NCBI GenBank assembly: GCA_902576375.1
Contig: CACGUZ010000004.1
Coordinates: 4,401-68,400, forward strand
Source of the DNA: an uncultured Pelagibacteraceae bacterium
Lineage (GTDB): Bacteria; Pseudomonadota; Alphaproteobacteria; Pelagibacterales; Pelagibacteraceae
Direction of reading: 5' to 3'
Length of the DNA: 64,000 bases
Shown here: positions 17,335-27,154 of the stretch, in pieces
Layout: each line of letters starts with the position of its first letter
How positions within the stretch are numbered: the first letter of the stretch is position 1
Notes under the pieces: generated by a model
Told to the model about the DNA's origin: nothing
Database searches by the model: none
The model's input: only the letters and a program-made list of their open reading frames with translations
Program-made: the position numbers and the translations under genes

Positions 17335-18081
17335 TTAATTTTTCTTAATTTTACCCTCATCAGTATGAATATGATCATGTCTATGTTCATATCTTGATAA
17401 TATCTGTGAAGCTTGTTCACCAAATAAAGCCTTATATTCATTATTTTTTGCAACATCCATGGGTGTCCCTGAGCAGCATACATGACCATTTAAGCAAACA
17501 ACGTGGTCTGTAGCACTCATTACAGTATGTAAATCATGAGAAATTAATAAGATACCACAATTCAATTCATCAGAAATTTTCTTTATAAGTTCATATAAAG
17601 CTATCTCACCTGTAAAATCTACACCTTGAACTGGCTCATCAAGAACTAACAATTCTGGTTTTTTTGAAATAGCTCTTGCTAGCAATACTCTTTGAAATTC
17701 ACCACCCGATAAATCACCTAAATTTTTATCTTTTAAATGAATAACGCCAGTTAATGATAGTGCCTCATCAATTATTTCATTTTTTAAACTTTCAGTTAAT
17801 ACCATAAAATCATTGACCCTAAGTGGTAAAGTCCAATCAATTGAAATTTTTTGTGGAACATAACCAATTTTATTTGTGTATTTTTCTACTTCTCCCTCAA
17901 TTTTTTTATAAATTCCTAAAGCAATTTTAGCCGTTGTACTTTTTCCTGATCCATTAGGTCCTATTAAAGTAACTATTTTACCTTTTTCAACTTGAAGGGA
18001 AACGCCTTGAACGAGCCATTTATCGTTTATTTTAAAACCAGCGTCTTTTAATTTGACCAATATATTTTGATTAGCATTCAT
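17335..18081 (-). CDS. znuC: Zinc ABC transporter ATP-binding protein ZnuC
   Basis: Walker A GPNGSGKST, signature LSGGEFQRV, Walker B LVLDEP, His-rich C-terminus. Confidence 0.88.
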   Translation of the reverse strand: MNANQNILVKLKDAGFKINDKWLVQGVSLQVEKGKIVTLIGPNGSGKSTTAKIALGIYKKIEGEVEKYTNKIGYVPQKISIDWTLPLRVNDFMVLTESLKNEIIDEALSLTGVIHLKDKNLGDLSGGEFQRVLLARAISKKPELLVLDEPVQGVDFTGEIALYELIKKISDELNCGILLISHDLHTVMSATDHVVCLNGHVCCSGTPMDVAKNNEYKALFGEQASQILSRYEHRHDHIHTDEGKIKKN

Positions 18082-18101
18082 TATATCACTTGACTTATAA
18101 A

Positions 18102-18134
18102 CGTTATATTATTACATAGTGTTATATTATAACA
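18102..18134. promoter_or_regulatory. Tandem Zur-box-like operators in the znuC / znuA divergent spacer
   Basis: TGTTATAtTATAACA (18120-18134) is a perfect 7-1-7 palindrome. An imperfect copy, CGTTATATTATTACA, lies at 18102-18116. Both resemble the known TGTTATAnTATAACA Zur core. Confidence 0.65.
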
Positions 18135-18151
18135 ACTAAAAAAATTAAACT

Positions 18152-19216
18152 ATGAAAACTATTAAAAAAATCCCATTATTAATATCACTTTTATCATTCC
18201 TAACAATTTTTTCACCTGTTAATGCTGAAGTTAAGGTAGTAGCATCAATAAAACCAATTCATTCACTCGCAAGCTATTTGATGGACGGTATTGGTAAACC
18301 AGATTTAATAGTTGATGGCTACGCATCACCTCATGGATTTGCACTTAAACCATCACATGCAAAAATGATCCAAAATGCCGATATTATATTTTGGGTAGGT
18401 GAAGACATAGAAAGTTTTTTAGAAAAACCATTAAAATCAATTGCAAAAAAAGCTGAAAAAATTGAATTAATGGAAATCAAAGGGATAACCAAACTTAAGT
18501 TTAGAGAAAGAAATATTTTTGAAGGTCATGACGATCATGGTCATAAAGAGGATGATCATGATGATCATGCAAAAAAAGAAGATGATCATGATGACCACGA
18601 TCATGATAAAAAAGAGAAAGAACATGGTCATGACGAACATGATCATGATAAAGAAGGTCATAAAGAAGACGACCATGATGATCACGGCCATGGACATGAA
18701 GGACATGCTCATGGTGAGTACGATCCACACATTTGGTTAGATCCAATGAATGCAAAAGTTATTTTAAGCGAGATGGCAGAGCACTTGATTGAGAACGATC
18801 CAAAAAATACTGCCAAATATAAAGAAAATTTAAAAAAATCACATAAAGATTTAGATAAATTAACTAAGAAAGTAAAATCTGAATTAAATAAAGATTTTAA
18901 ATCAATAGTATTCCATGATGCTTATCAATATTTTGAAGAGAGATTTGGTGTTAATATTTTAGGCGCATTTACAGTAAATACAGATGTTATGCCCGGTGCT
19001 GAGCAATTGGCTGAAATTAGAGAAGTAATTGAGCATGATAAAGTAAGCTGTATATTTTCAGAGCCGCAGTTTAACCCTGATATTATTAAGGCTGTAGCAA
19101 AAGATACTAAAGTTGCAACAGGCGTAATCGATCCATTAGGAGCAACGCTTAACCCTGGTAAAGATTTATATTTTGATTTAATTAGCAATATGTCTAAATC
19201 TTTTAAAGGCTGTTAA
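18152..19216 (+). CDS. znuA: Zinc ABC transporter substrate-binding protein ZnuA with an expanded His/Asp/Glu loop
   Basis: Signal peptide and cluster-9 SBP fold motifs (KPIHSL, DPHIWLDP). Divergent from znuCB. Confidence 0.9.
   Translation: MKTIKKIPLLISLLSFLTIFSPVNAEVKVVASIKPIHSLASYLMDGIGKPDLIVDGYASPHGFALKPSHAKMIQNADIIFWVGEDIESFLEKPLKSIAKKAEKIELMEIKGITKLKFRERNIFEGHDDHGHKEDDHDDHAKKEDDHDDHDHDKKEKEHGHDEHDHDKEGHKEDDHDDHGHGHEGHAHGEYDPHIWLDPMNAKVILSEMAEHLIENDPKNTAKYKENLKKSHKDLDKLTKKVKSELNKDFKSIVFHDAYQYFEERFGVNILGAFTVNTDVMPGAEQLAEIREVIEHDKVSCIFSEPQFNPDIIKAVAKDTKVATGVIDPLGATLNPGKDLYFDLISNMSKSFKGC
18521..18730 (+). repeat. In-frame low-complexity His-rich coding repeat within znuA
   Basis: About 70 codons containing roughly 20 His. 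KEDDHDDH occurs three times, with synonymous differences between copies. Confidence 0.85.
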
Positions 19217-19258
19217 ATAAAAATTGATCTTTAACCATTAATAATATCTAATATTGGG

Positions 19259-20257
19259 ATGAGTACCGTTTCCCTCACATTAGATGAAATTTTTGATTTA
19301 GCTAAAAAGACTTTACTAGCTAATGGCTGTGATGATGAAACAGCATCTATTCTCTCTGATTTAATAAGAAATGCTGAAAGAGATGGATCTTTATCTCATG
19401 GTTTGTTCAGGTTGCCTGCATATGTGAGTGGTTTAAAAAGCGGAAAAATTAATGGTAAAGGAAAACCTGAGGTAAAAAAAATTTCAGCATCAGTAATAAA
19501 AGTTCAAGGGAATAATTGTTTAGCCCCTGTAGTTTTAAATAAAGGATTACCTGAATTAGCAAAAGCTGCAAAAGAAAATGGAGTGGCCGTACTTGCTATA
19601 AATAATTCTCATCATATGGCTGCGATGTGGCCTGAAACAGAAAAATTAGCAGAGGAAGGTTTAGTTGCCTTCGCTTGCACATCCTACAAGCCTGCTGTGG
19701 CACCCGCTGGAGCTATCAAACCCTTGTTTGGAACAAATCCAATTTCTTTTGCATGGCCACGACCAGGAAAAACTCCTGTAGTTTACGATATGGCAACTGC
19801 ATCAATGGCAATGGGTGAAGTTCAAGTTGCTAAAAGAGAAGGGCATAAAGTTCCACTTGGAACTGGTTTAACTAAGGATGGTAAAGAAACAACTGACCCA
19901 GGAGCAATAGCGGATGGAGGTGTATTACTTCCTTTTGGGGGATATAAAGGTTCTGCCATAGCAATGATGGTAGAATTAATGGCTGGCGCATTAGTTGGTG
20001 ATAATTTTAGTTTTGAGACAGCTGCAAAAGATAATAATGACGGCGGACCTCCTAGTGGTGGAGAATTTATTCTTGCAATTTCACCTGACAAAACTTCAGG
20101 AACTGATTGGCAAAAACATGCTGATGAATTTTTTAATAAAATGAAAACATTTGATGGAGTTAGACTTCCAGGAGAGAGAAGACATAAAAATAGATTAGAT
20201 AAGGGCCCTCGAAATATTAATGAAGAGCTGGTTAATAAAATAAAATCTTTAAGCTAA
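19259..20257 (+). CDS. Ldh_2 family (malate/L-lactate/sulfolactate/pyrroline-2-carboxylate reductase type) NAD(P)-dependent oxidoreductase
   Basis: 332 aa. SHGLFRLP, NSHH and GGYKGSAIAMMVE motifs are typical of the Ldh_2 family. The substrate cannot be determined from sequence alone. Confidence 0.7.
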   Translation: MSTVSLTLDEIFDLAKKTLLANGCDDETASILSDLIRNAERDGSLSHGLFRLPAYVSGLKSGKINGKGKPEVKKISASVIKVQGNNCLAPVVLNKGLPELAKAAKENGVAVLAINNSHHMAAMWPETEKLAEEGLVAFACTSYKPAVAPAGAIKPLFGTNPISFAWPRPGKTPVVYDMATASMAMGEVQVAKREGHKVPLGTGLTKDGKETTDPGAIADGGVLLPFGGYKGSAIAMMVELMAGALVGDNFSFETAAKDNNDGGPPSGGEFILAISPDKTSGTDWQKHADEFFNKMKTFDGVRLPGERRHKNRLDKGPRNINEELVNKIKSLS

Positions 20258-21025
20258 AGTAATTTCTATTGGAGTATGGTCTGATGGTTTTTCACGGCCT
20301 CTTGGATCTTTATTAATATTAATAGCTTTAACTTGGTCTATTAAAGAATTAGATACTAAAAAATGATCTATTCTCATTCCATTATTTTTCTGCCATGAAC
20401 CCCTCATGTAATCCCAAAAAGTATATCCTTCTTTAGTTTCATTAAAATGTCTATAAACATCGTTAAAACCTAGATTAATCATTTCTCTTAATTTTTTTCT
20501 TATTTCCAATCTAAATAGAGCATCGTCTTCGAAGCTTTTTGGATTATAGACATCCTCAGCTGCAGGAATAATATTAAAATCACCACCAAGAATTATATTT
20601 TGATTTTTTTTGGTTAAAGCTTTTAATTGTTTAATTAAATCATCAAGCCATTTTTTTTTGTAATCATATTTTTCAGTATCAACAGGATTACCATTTGGTG
20701 TATAGATATTGATTAATTGAATATTTTTCTTTTTGTGTTCAAGTTCAGCTGAGATTATTCTTGATTGTTTTAGTTTATCTTTGATTAAGTCTGTTTTAAC
20801 ATTTTTTAATTTTCCTTTTGAAATAATAGCAACACCATTGTAACTTTTTTGACCAAATACATGACTTTCATAGTCCATTGAGGAAAAATCATCATAAGGA
20901 AAGTTTACATCCTCAGTTTTAATTTCTTGCATCATCACAACATCAGGCTTGTATTTTAGTAGATAACTTTTGATATTTTCAATACGTGCTCGCACAGAAT
21001 TTACATTCCACGAGGAAATAATCAT
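20249..21025 (-). CDS. xthA: Exodeoxyribonuclease III
   Basis: SWNVNSVRAR, QEIK and C-terminal PSDHTPIEI motifs. I prefer the ATG at 21025 (TAATG overlap with erpA) over the ORF-track start at 21055. Confidence 0.9.
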   Translation of the reverse strand: MIISSWNVNSVRARIENIKSYLLKYKPDVVMMQEIKTEDVNFPYDDFSSMDYESHVFGQKSYNGVAIISKGKLKNVKTDLIKDKLKQSRIISAELEHKKKNIQLINIYTPNGNPVDTEKYDYKKKWLDDLIKQLKALTKKNQNIILGGDFNIIPAAEDVYNPKSFEDDALFRLEIRKKLREMINLGFNDVYRHFNETKEGYTFWDYMRGSWQKNNGMRIDHFLVSNSLIDQVKAININKDPRGREKPSDHTPIEITLA

Positions 21026-21342
21026 TAAAGAGAAAACGAAACACCACAACCACAAGAAGATTTGGTTTGCGGATTAGTTATTTTGAATTGTTCACCAATT
21101 AATTCAGAAACATAGTCTATTTCTGATCCTTTTAATAAATCTGCAGAGGTTTTATCTATCAATATATTTTCATAATTTAAATCATCGGCTGCTTTTTCTT
21201 TGTCAAAAGTAAATTCATATTGGAAGCCTGAGCAACCACCACCTTTGATAGCGATTCTAAAAAACGACCCTTTGTCTTTTTTAGACAGCAAAACATTGAT
21301 CTGTTTTAGAGCCTTATCAGTAAATTTAATTTCTTTAATCAT
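21025..21342 (-). CDS. erpA: Iron-sulfur cluster insertion protein (HesB/IscA/ErpA family)
   Basis: 105 aa. GGCSGFQY and C-terminal CGCGVSF cluster-ligand motifs. Confidence 0.88.
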   Translation of the reverse strand: MIKEIKFTDKALKQINVLLSKKDKGSFFRIAIKGGGCSGFQYEFTFDKEKAADDLNYENILIDKTSADLLKGSEIDYVSELIGEQFKITNPQTKSSCGCGVSFSL

Positions 21343-21392
21343 TATTGATCACTGGTATTACTAATATAATACTTAAATTTTAATTTTAAAGG

Positions 21393-22511
21393 ATGAAAAA
21401 ATACTCAAAGATTGCTCTTACTAAAAGCAAAGGAAGAATATTCAAAGAATCTGTATCAAAATATAGATCGCCATTTCAAAGAGATAGAGATCGAATAGTT
21501 CACAGCGCCTCATTTCGAAGGCTCAAACACAAGACACAAGTATTTGTAAACACAGAAGGTGATCATTACAGAACAAGATTAACCCATTCAATGGAAGTTG
21601 CTCAAATTGCGCGATCTATTGCAAGATATCTTGAATTGAATGAAGATCTAGCTGAAACCTTAAGTTTGGCACATGATTTGGGCCATCCACCTTTTGGTCA
21701 TGCTGGTGAGGACTCTCTTAATGAATGTATGGAAGATTATGGAGGCTTTGATCATAATTTACAAACTCTTCGTGTGGTTATGTTTTTGGAGAATAAATAT
21801 CTTAAGTATAGTGGATTAAATCTTTCAATTGAAACCTTAGAGGGATTGCTTAAGCATAATGGTCCTGTTTATGAATTAGATTTAGTTGATAGTCTTATTG
21901 GTGTAAAAAAATTCAATCATAAGATTAATTTTGAGACTTATCCATCATTAGAGGCTCAAGTTTCAGCTATTTCAGATGATATAGCTTATAACAATCATGA
22001 TATTCAAGATGGTATAAATGCAAATTTATTTAAACTAGAGGAGTTAATTGAAATTAACTTTTTTAAAGATATTTATAAAAAATATAAAAAAAAGATAAAC
22101 AAACAAAACTATAAAATTGCAACATATCAGATTATAAGAGACTCTATTGATCAAATGATAAGAGATTTAATTAAAAATACCAAAACTAATTTGAAGATTA
22201 ACAAAATAAAAAATTATAAAGATATTACTAAAGCAAATTTAACAATGGTAGATTTTTCTGAAAAAGTCAAAGATTCTGTGAATGAAATAAGATTTTTTTT
22301 AAAAACAAAGATGTATAATAATAATGCAGTTCTGAAAAAAAACGATAATGGCAAATTAATAATTAAAAAACTGTTTAATAAAATACAAAAAAACCCTAAA
22401 AAATTTATTTCAAAAAATCATCTCTCAAAGGATAAATATAGAGCAATTTCAGATTTTATATCAGGAATGACAGACAGATATGCAATCAACCTTCACAAAA
22501 ACTTTAAATGA
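21393..22511 (+). CDS. dgt: dGTP triphosphohydrolase-like HD-domain protein
   Basis: FQRDRDRIVHSASFRRLKHKTQV, RLTHSMEV and HDLGHPPFGH motifs. Confidence 0.88.
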   Translation: MKKYSKIALTKSKGRIFKESVSKYRSPFQRDRDRIVHSASFRRLKHKTQVFVNTEGDHYRTRLTHSMEVAQIARSIARYLELNEDLAETLSLAHDLGHPPFGHAGEDSLNECMEDYGGFDHNLQTLRVVMFLENKYLKYSGLNLSIETLEGLLKHNGPVYELDLVDSLIGVKKFNHKINFETYPSLEAQVSAISDDIAYNNHDIQDGINANLFKLEELIEINFFKDIYKKYKKKINKQNYKIATYQIIRDSIDQMIRDLIKNTKTNLKINKIKNYKDITKANLTMVDFSEKVKDSVNEIRFFLKTKMYNNNAVLKKNDNGKLIIKKLFNKIQKNPKKFISKNHLSKDKYRAISDFISGMTDRYAINLHKNFK

Positions 22512-24238
22512 ATATTTTTGAACAGTACTTAGATAAAATAAAAGAAATCCTTTCAACACTTTCTTCAAATGGAGATTTAATTCTACCAGATTCACTTAAC
22601 GGGATAACTGCAGAAATTCCACCTTCAAAATTTGATAGTGATATTTCTACTAATGTTGCAATGGTCCTTTTTAAGATTAATAATAAATCTCCATTAGATC
22701 TGGCGTCAATCTTGGCAGAAAAAATCAAAAAAGAGGATCAATTTATTGAAGAGATATCAGTTGCAAAACCTGGTTTTATCAATATTAAATTTAAACCCAT
22801 TTTTTGGACAAACTTTATTAAAGAAGTAATTAAAAATTCTAATTCTTTTGGAACAAATAAAAATATTAAAAGAAATTACCTAATAGAATTTGTATCTGCC
22901 AATCCAACAGGTCCTTTACATGTTGGTCATTGTAGAGGAGCAATATTAGGCGATGTGATGGCTAATCTTTTATTATTTAATAATAATAAAGTTACAAAAG
23001 AGTATTATATAAACGACTACGGTAATCAGATTATAAATTTTACAAAGTCAGTTTATTATAGAATAAGAGAGATTTCTTTTAATGAACCTTTTCCAGTTGA
23101 TAATGAAAATTTATATCCAGGAGACTATTTAATTGGTTTTGCTCAAAACATTTTAAACTCAAATAAAAATATTGATTTTAAAAATTTTGACAAAGTATCT
23201 CAAGAATTGACTTCTTTAGCTATTAATGAGGCATTAAAATTAATCAAAAGTAATCTTAAAAGTCTTGGTATTAATCATGATAACTTTGTCAGTGAAAAAA
23301 AATTAGTTGAAAATCAAGAAGTGGAAAAAGTTGTTGAATTTCTTCATAAAAATAAATTTGTTTATAAAGGAAAAATAAAGGCACCTGCTGGTGAAGATGA
23401 CAGTAATTGGGTTGAACGCGAGCAGTTACTTTTTCGATCAACTGATTTTGGAGATGACAAAGATAGAGCATTACAAAAATCTGATGGTGCTTGGACTTAT
23501 TTTGCAAGTGATGTTGCATACCACAAAAATAAATTAGACAGAAAATTTGATAGGCTAATTAATATTTTAGGTGCAGATCATGCTGGTTATATAAAAAGAA
23601 TTTCATCATCTGTCGAAGCCTTATCAAACTCTAAAGATAGATTAATTTGTAAAGTTAGCCAACTTGTTAAACTTATTAAAGATAAGAAACCCTTTAAAAT
23701 GTCTAAAAGAAAAGGGGACTACATAACTATAGAAGATTTAATCAATGAGGTAGGAAAAGATGCAACAAGATTCATAATGCTAAATCGAAGTAGTGATGTT
23801 GAACTAGATTTTGATTTTGATAACGTTATAGAAAAATCAAAAGATAACCCCCTTTATTACGTTCAATACTGTTATGCAAGAATATGTTCAGTATATAGAC
23901 ATCTTGATAAAGATTTAAAATCAGATCTAGATATTACTAATTACGATTTTGAATATTCCAAAGATGAAATAAAAATCTTAAAAAAATTATCTGAATGGCC
24001 CAAGTGTATTGATATATCTTGTAATAAGCTTGAGCCGCATAGAATACCTACCTACTTATATGAATTAGCCTCTTTATTTCATTCATATTGGAATTTAGGT
24101 AAGGAAAATCCAGACAAAAGATTTATCAATGATCAAAAAAAAATAACTGATGATAAATTAATTTTCCTAAAAGCTATTTCCAATGTAATAAAATCTGGGA
24201 TGAATATAGTTGGAGTGTCTACGCCAGATAAAATGTGA
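22508..24238 (+). CDS. argS: Arginine--tRNA ligase
   Basis: Class I motifs ANPTGPLHVGH and FKMSKRKG. 4-nt overlap with dgt. Confidence 0.93.
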   Translation: MNIFEQYLDKIKEILSTLSSNGDLILPDSLNGITAEIPPSKFDSDISTNVAMVLFKINNKSPLDLASILAEKIKKEDQFIEEISVAKPGFINIKFKPIFWTNFIKEVIKNSNSFGTNKNIKRNYLIEFVSANPTGPLHVGHCRGAILGDVMANLLLFNNNKVTKEYYINDYGNQIINFTKSVYYRIREISFNEPFPVDNENLYPGDYLIGFAQNILNSNKNIDFKNFDKVSQELTSLAINEALKLIKSNLKSLGINHDNFVSEKKLVENQEVEKVVEFLHKNKFVYKGKIKAPAGEDDSNWVEREQLLFRSTDFGDDKDRALQKSDGAWTYFASDVAYHKNKLDRKFDRLINILGADHAGYIKRISSSVEALSNSKDRLICKVSQLVKLIKDKKPFKMSKRKGDYITIEDLINEVGKDATRFIMLNRSSDVELDFDFDNVIEKSKDNPLYYVQYCYARICSVYRHLDKDLKSDLDITNYDFEYSKDEIKILKKLSEWPKCIDISCNKLEPHRIPTYLYELASLFHSYWNLGKENPDKRFINDQKKITDDKLIFLKAISNVIKSGMNIVGVSTPDKM

Positions 24239-24492
24239 TGCTAAAAGAGATTAAATATTTAATATTTTTATTACTCATCGGTTTTTTTATATTTTTTACA
24301 GGTAAGTATTATTTTTCGGATGATAATAAAAAAAATTCTTTTAGATCTTTGAGTAATATTGACAAAAAAATTAATATTTATTCTGAAAAATTGCCGGTTT
24401 TAGAAAATGATACTAAAGATATCATTCAATATGTAGAGAAATCTAATAAAGATAAAAAGAAAAAATTTAATTTTTGGAAACTTCTAGATTAA
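24235..24492 (+). CDS. Small single-TM protein (85 aa) between argS and nagZ
   Basis: One N-terminal TM helix (YLIFLLLIGFFIFFTG) followed by a Lys/Asn-rich tail. ATGA overlap with argS and TAATG overlap with nagZ. Confidence 0.5.
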   Translation: MMLKEIKYLIFLLLIGFFIFFTGKYYFSDDNKKNSFRSLSNIDKKINIYSEKLPVLENDTKDIIQYVEKSNKDKKKKFNFWKLLD

Positions 24493-25439
24493 TGAATAAT
24501 CGAAGATCTTTTATTATCGGTATTAAATCAACAAAACTTAACCTTAGAGAAAAAAATTTTCTTAGAAAATATAAGCCATGGGGAGTAATTTTGTTTACCA
24601 GAAACATAAAAGATATTAAACAGGCAAAACAATTAACTACGTCTATACGTAAGATCTTTAATGACAATAAATATCCAATCTTAATTGATCAAGAAGGTGG
24701 TAGAGTAAACCGACTTAAAAATATTATATCTTTTGAAAATTTAACATCTGAATTTTTTGGCAAAAAGTTTATAAAAAAATCTAAGGAATTTAATTTTTTC
24801 TATAAACTATTTATTGATAAAACTTCATATTTATTAAAATTGATAGGAGTTAATATTAATACTTGTCCTGTTTTAGATCTTAGAAAGAAAGGTTCAACAT
24901 CAATTATTGGAGACAGATCTTTCTCTAGTAATCCCAAAATTGTTTCTAAAATTGGCGATTATTGTATCAACTATCACCACAATAATGGCGTAGGAACTGT
25001 TATTAAACATATACCAGGACATGGTTTGGCAAAAGTTGATAGTCACCATTTCACACCCATAATTAGTAAAAATTTAGATTACTTATTAAAAAATGATTTT
25101 TTTCCTTTCAAAAGAAAAAATTCTTTTTTTGCAATGACAGCCCACATCATATTCAAAAAGATCGATTTAAAAAATACAGTTACGCATTCTAAAAAAATGA
25201 TAAAATTAATAAGAAATAAAATAGGTTTTAAGAATATTTTGATTTCTGACGATATATCTATGAAAAGTCTAAAAGGTAAAATTAAAGAAAATACAATCAA
25301 TGCGTTTAATGCTGGTTGTAATCTTGTTTTACATTGTAATGCCAAAGAAAATGAGATGGAAATTGTTGCTCAAAATTCACCTTTCATAAGCAAATTTGTA
25401 ATAAAAAAAACATCACAATTTTATAAAATAATAAGCTAG
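24492..25439 (+). CDS. nagZ: Beta-N-acetylhexosaminidase NagZ (GH3)
   Basis: IDQEGGRVNRL and KHIPGHG motifs. I prefer the ATG at 24492 over 24474. Confidence 0.85.
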   Translation: MNNRRSFIIGIKSTKLNLREKNFLRKYKPWGVILFTRNIKDIKQAKQLTTSIRKIFNDNKYPILIDQEGGRVNRLKNIISFENLTSEFFGKKFIKKSKEFNFFYKLFIDKTSYLLKLIGVNINTCPVLDLRKKGSTSIIGDRSFSSNPKIVSKIGDYCINYHHNNGVGTVIKHIPGHGLAKVDSHHFTPIISKNLDYLLKNDFFPFKRKNSFFAMTAHIIFKKIDLKNTVTHSKKMIKLIRNKIGFKNILISDDISMKSLKGKIKENTINAFNAGCNLVLHCNAKENEMEIVAQNSPFISKFVIKKTSQFYKIIS

Positions 25440-25448
25440 TATTTATTT

Positions 25449-26186
25449 ATGACAGAAAATGATTCCTCACTTTTTAGTGTTGATATTGAAAATTATAACG
25501 GCCCATTAGATATATTGTTAGACCTTGCAAAATCTCAAAAGGTGAATTTAGAAAATATTTCTATTACAAAACTTGCAGATCAATTTCATGATTTTATAAC
25601 AAATCAAAAAAATCTAAATCTAGAGTCCGCTTCTGAGTATTTACTTATGGCCACATGGCTTGCTTATTTGAAATCTAAACTTCTTTTACCAGGAACACCT
25701 GAGGAAGAGTTTAAAGTTCAAGAAGTAGCAGAAAAATTAAAACTCCAACTCAAAAAATTAGAACTAATAAGATTATTATCAGAACAAATGTTAAAACGTA
25801 AAAGATTAGGGCGTGAAATTAGAACAAGAGGTGTTAGGGCAGGCATTAGACCCATCTACAATAGTGAAATTAAAGTAAATTTATTTGAATTACTAAAAAC
25901 ATATTCAACAATTATTATGACCAAAGATTTTCAAAAAATAAATATACCTAAACTTCCTGTTTTTACGACTGAAGAGGGAATTAAGACAATTAGAGATTTT
26001 TTTGGAAAACTAACTGACTGGAAAAAATTGGAGGACTTGATACCTAAAAATTTTAAGAGTGTTACAAAGTACAAAAAAACTGGTACAGCAGGTATATTTG
26101 CAGGGTCACTTGAACTTGTTAAAGAAGGTAATTTAAAGATTAAACAAGAAAATTTATTTGATGATATTTTTGTTAAGGAAAAATAA
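25449..26186 (+). CDS. scpA: Segregation and condensation protein A
   Basis: N-terminal NYNGPLDILLDLAKSQKVNLENISI is typical of ScpA. Followed by scpB. Confidence 0.88.
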   Translation: MTENDSSLFSVDIENYNGPLDILLDLAKSQKVNLENISITKLADQFHDFITNQKNLNLESASEYLLMATWLAYLKSKLLLPGTPEEEFKVQEVAEKLKLQLKKLELIRLLSEQMLKRKRLGREIRTRGVRAGIRPIYNSEIKVNLFELLKTYSTIIMTKDFQKINIPKLPVFTTEEGIKTIRDFFGKLTDWKKLEDLIPKNFKSVTKYKKTGTAGIFAGSLELVKEGNLKIKQENLFDDIFVKEK

Positions 26187-26893
26187 TGAATAAAAAAATT
26201 ACAAAAAAAGATAATGTTATTGATTTTCCTAATAAATTATCCTCAATCGAAAAAGAAATTGAAGCAATAGTTTTTGCAGCTGCTGAGCCACTTGATATTG
26301 AAACTATAGAAAATAAGATTTCAAAAAAAACTAATGTTGAAAAAATTTTATTAAAATTACAAAATGAATATTCCAATCGAGGTATTAATTTAGTGTGTAT
26401 CTCAAAAAAATGGTCATTTAGAACATCGCCGAATCTTTCTGAAATTATGAAACAGGAAAAAACTGTTGAAAAAAAATTATCAAGAGCTGCAATTGAAACA
26501 CTTGCAATCATTGTTTATCATCAACCAGTGACACGTGCTGAAATTGAAGAAATTAGAGGCGTTGCATTTGGTACAAATACTCTTGAAATTTTAATGGAGT
26601 TAAACTGGGTAAAACCAGGTGGTAGAAAAGATGTCCCCGGAAAACCAATTCAATATGTTACAACTGATGATTTTTTAAGTCATTTTAATCTTCAAAAGTT
26701 ATCCGATTTACCCACCGTTGATGAATTGGGTGCCGCTGGTCTTATCGATAGTACAAATATTGATAATGCAATTTTTGGAACTGGTAAATTTTATAAAGAG
26801 AAACAAGATGGTAAAAAAGAGGATATTTATTCGAATATTGATGAAATGCTAAGCAGCACTTTAGACGCTGAGGAGAAAAATAAGAATTCATAA
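26186..26893 (+). CDS. scpB: Segregation and condensation protein B
   Basis: IEAIVFAAAEPL, LAIIVYHQPVTRAEIEEIRGV and GRKDVPGKP motifs. TAATG overlap with scpA. Confidence 0.88.
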   Translation: MNKKITKKDNVIDFPNKLSSIEKEIEAIVFAAAEPLDIETIENKISKKTNVEKILLKLQNEYSNRGINLVCISKKWSFRTSPNLSEIMKQEKTVEKKLSRAAIETLAIIVYHQPVTRAEIEEIRGVAFGTNTLEILMELNWVKPGGRKDVPGKPIQYVTTDDFLSHFNLQKLSDLPTVDELGAAGLIDSTNIDNAIFGTGKFYKEKQDGKKEDIYSNIDEMLSSTLDAEEKNKNS

Positions 26894-26948
26894 TTTAGGT
26901 TAAAAAAAGTCACTTTAAAATTGAGTGTAAAAGATATATAACTTTTCT

Positions 26949-27149
26949 ATGAGCATAGGAATTTGGCAGATAGCAATTGTTGTTATACTTGTAGTGTTAC
27001 TTTTTGGAAGAGGTAAGATCTCAAGTCTGATGGGAGATGTTGCTAAAGGAATTAAGAGCTTCAAAAAAGGTATGGCATCAGATGTTACTGATGACAACGA
27101 ACCTAAAAATATTTCCGAAGATAATCAAGATAATAACAAAAAAGATTAA
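26949..27149 (+). CDS. tatA: Twin-arginine translocase subunit TatA
   Basis: 66 aa. TM helix plus amphipathic helix, [25 protein letters not shown]. Confidence 0.9.
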   Translation: MSIGIWQIAIVVILVVLLFGRGKISSLMGDVAKGIKSFKKGMASDVTDDNEPKNISEDNQDNNKKD

Positions 27150-27154
27150 ATCAC

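Noticed and set aside
18467-18755. Three overlapping ORFs (18467-18730 minus, 18501-18755 minus, 18519-18740 plus) with bizarre Met/Ile/His-rich translations inside znuA.
   Set aside because: They coincide exactly with the GAT/CAT/GAA/AAA repeat that encodes the ZnuA His-rich loop. A repeat lacking stop triplets keeps several frames open. The znuA frame is continuous and has conserved flanks (…FEGHDDHGH… to …DPHIWLDP…).
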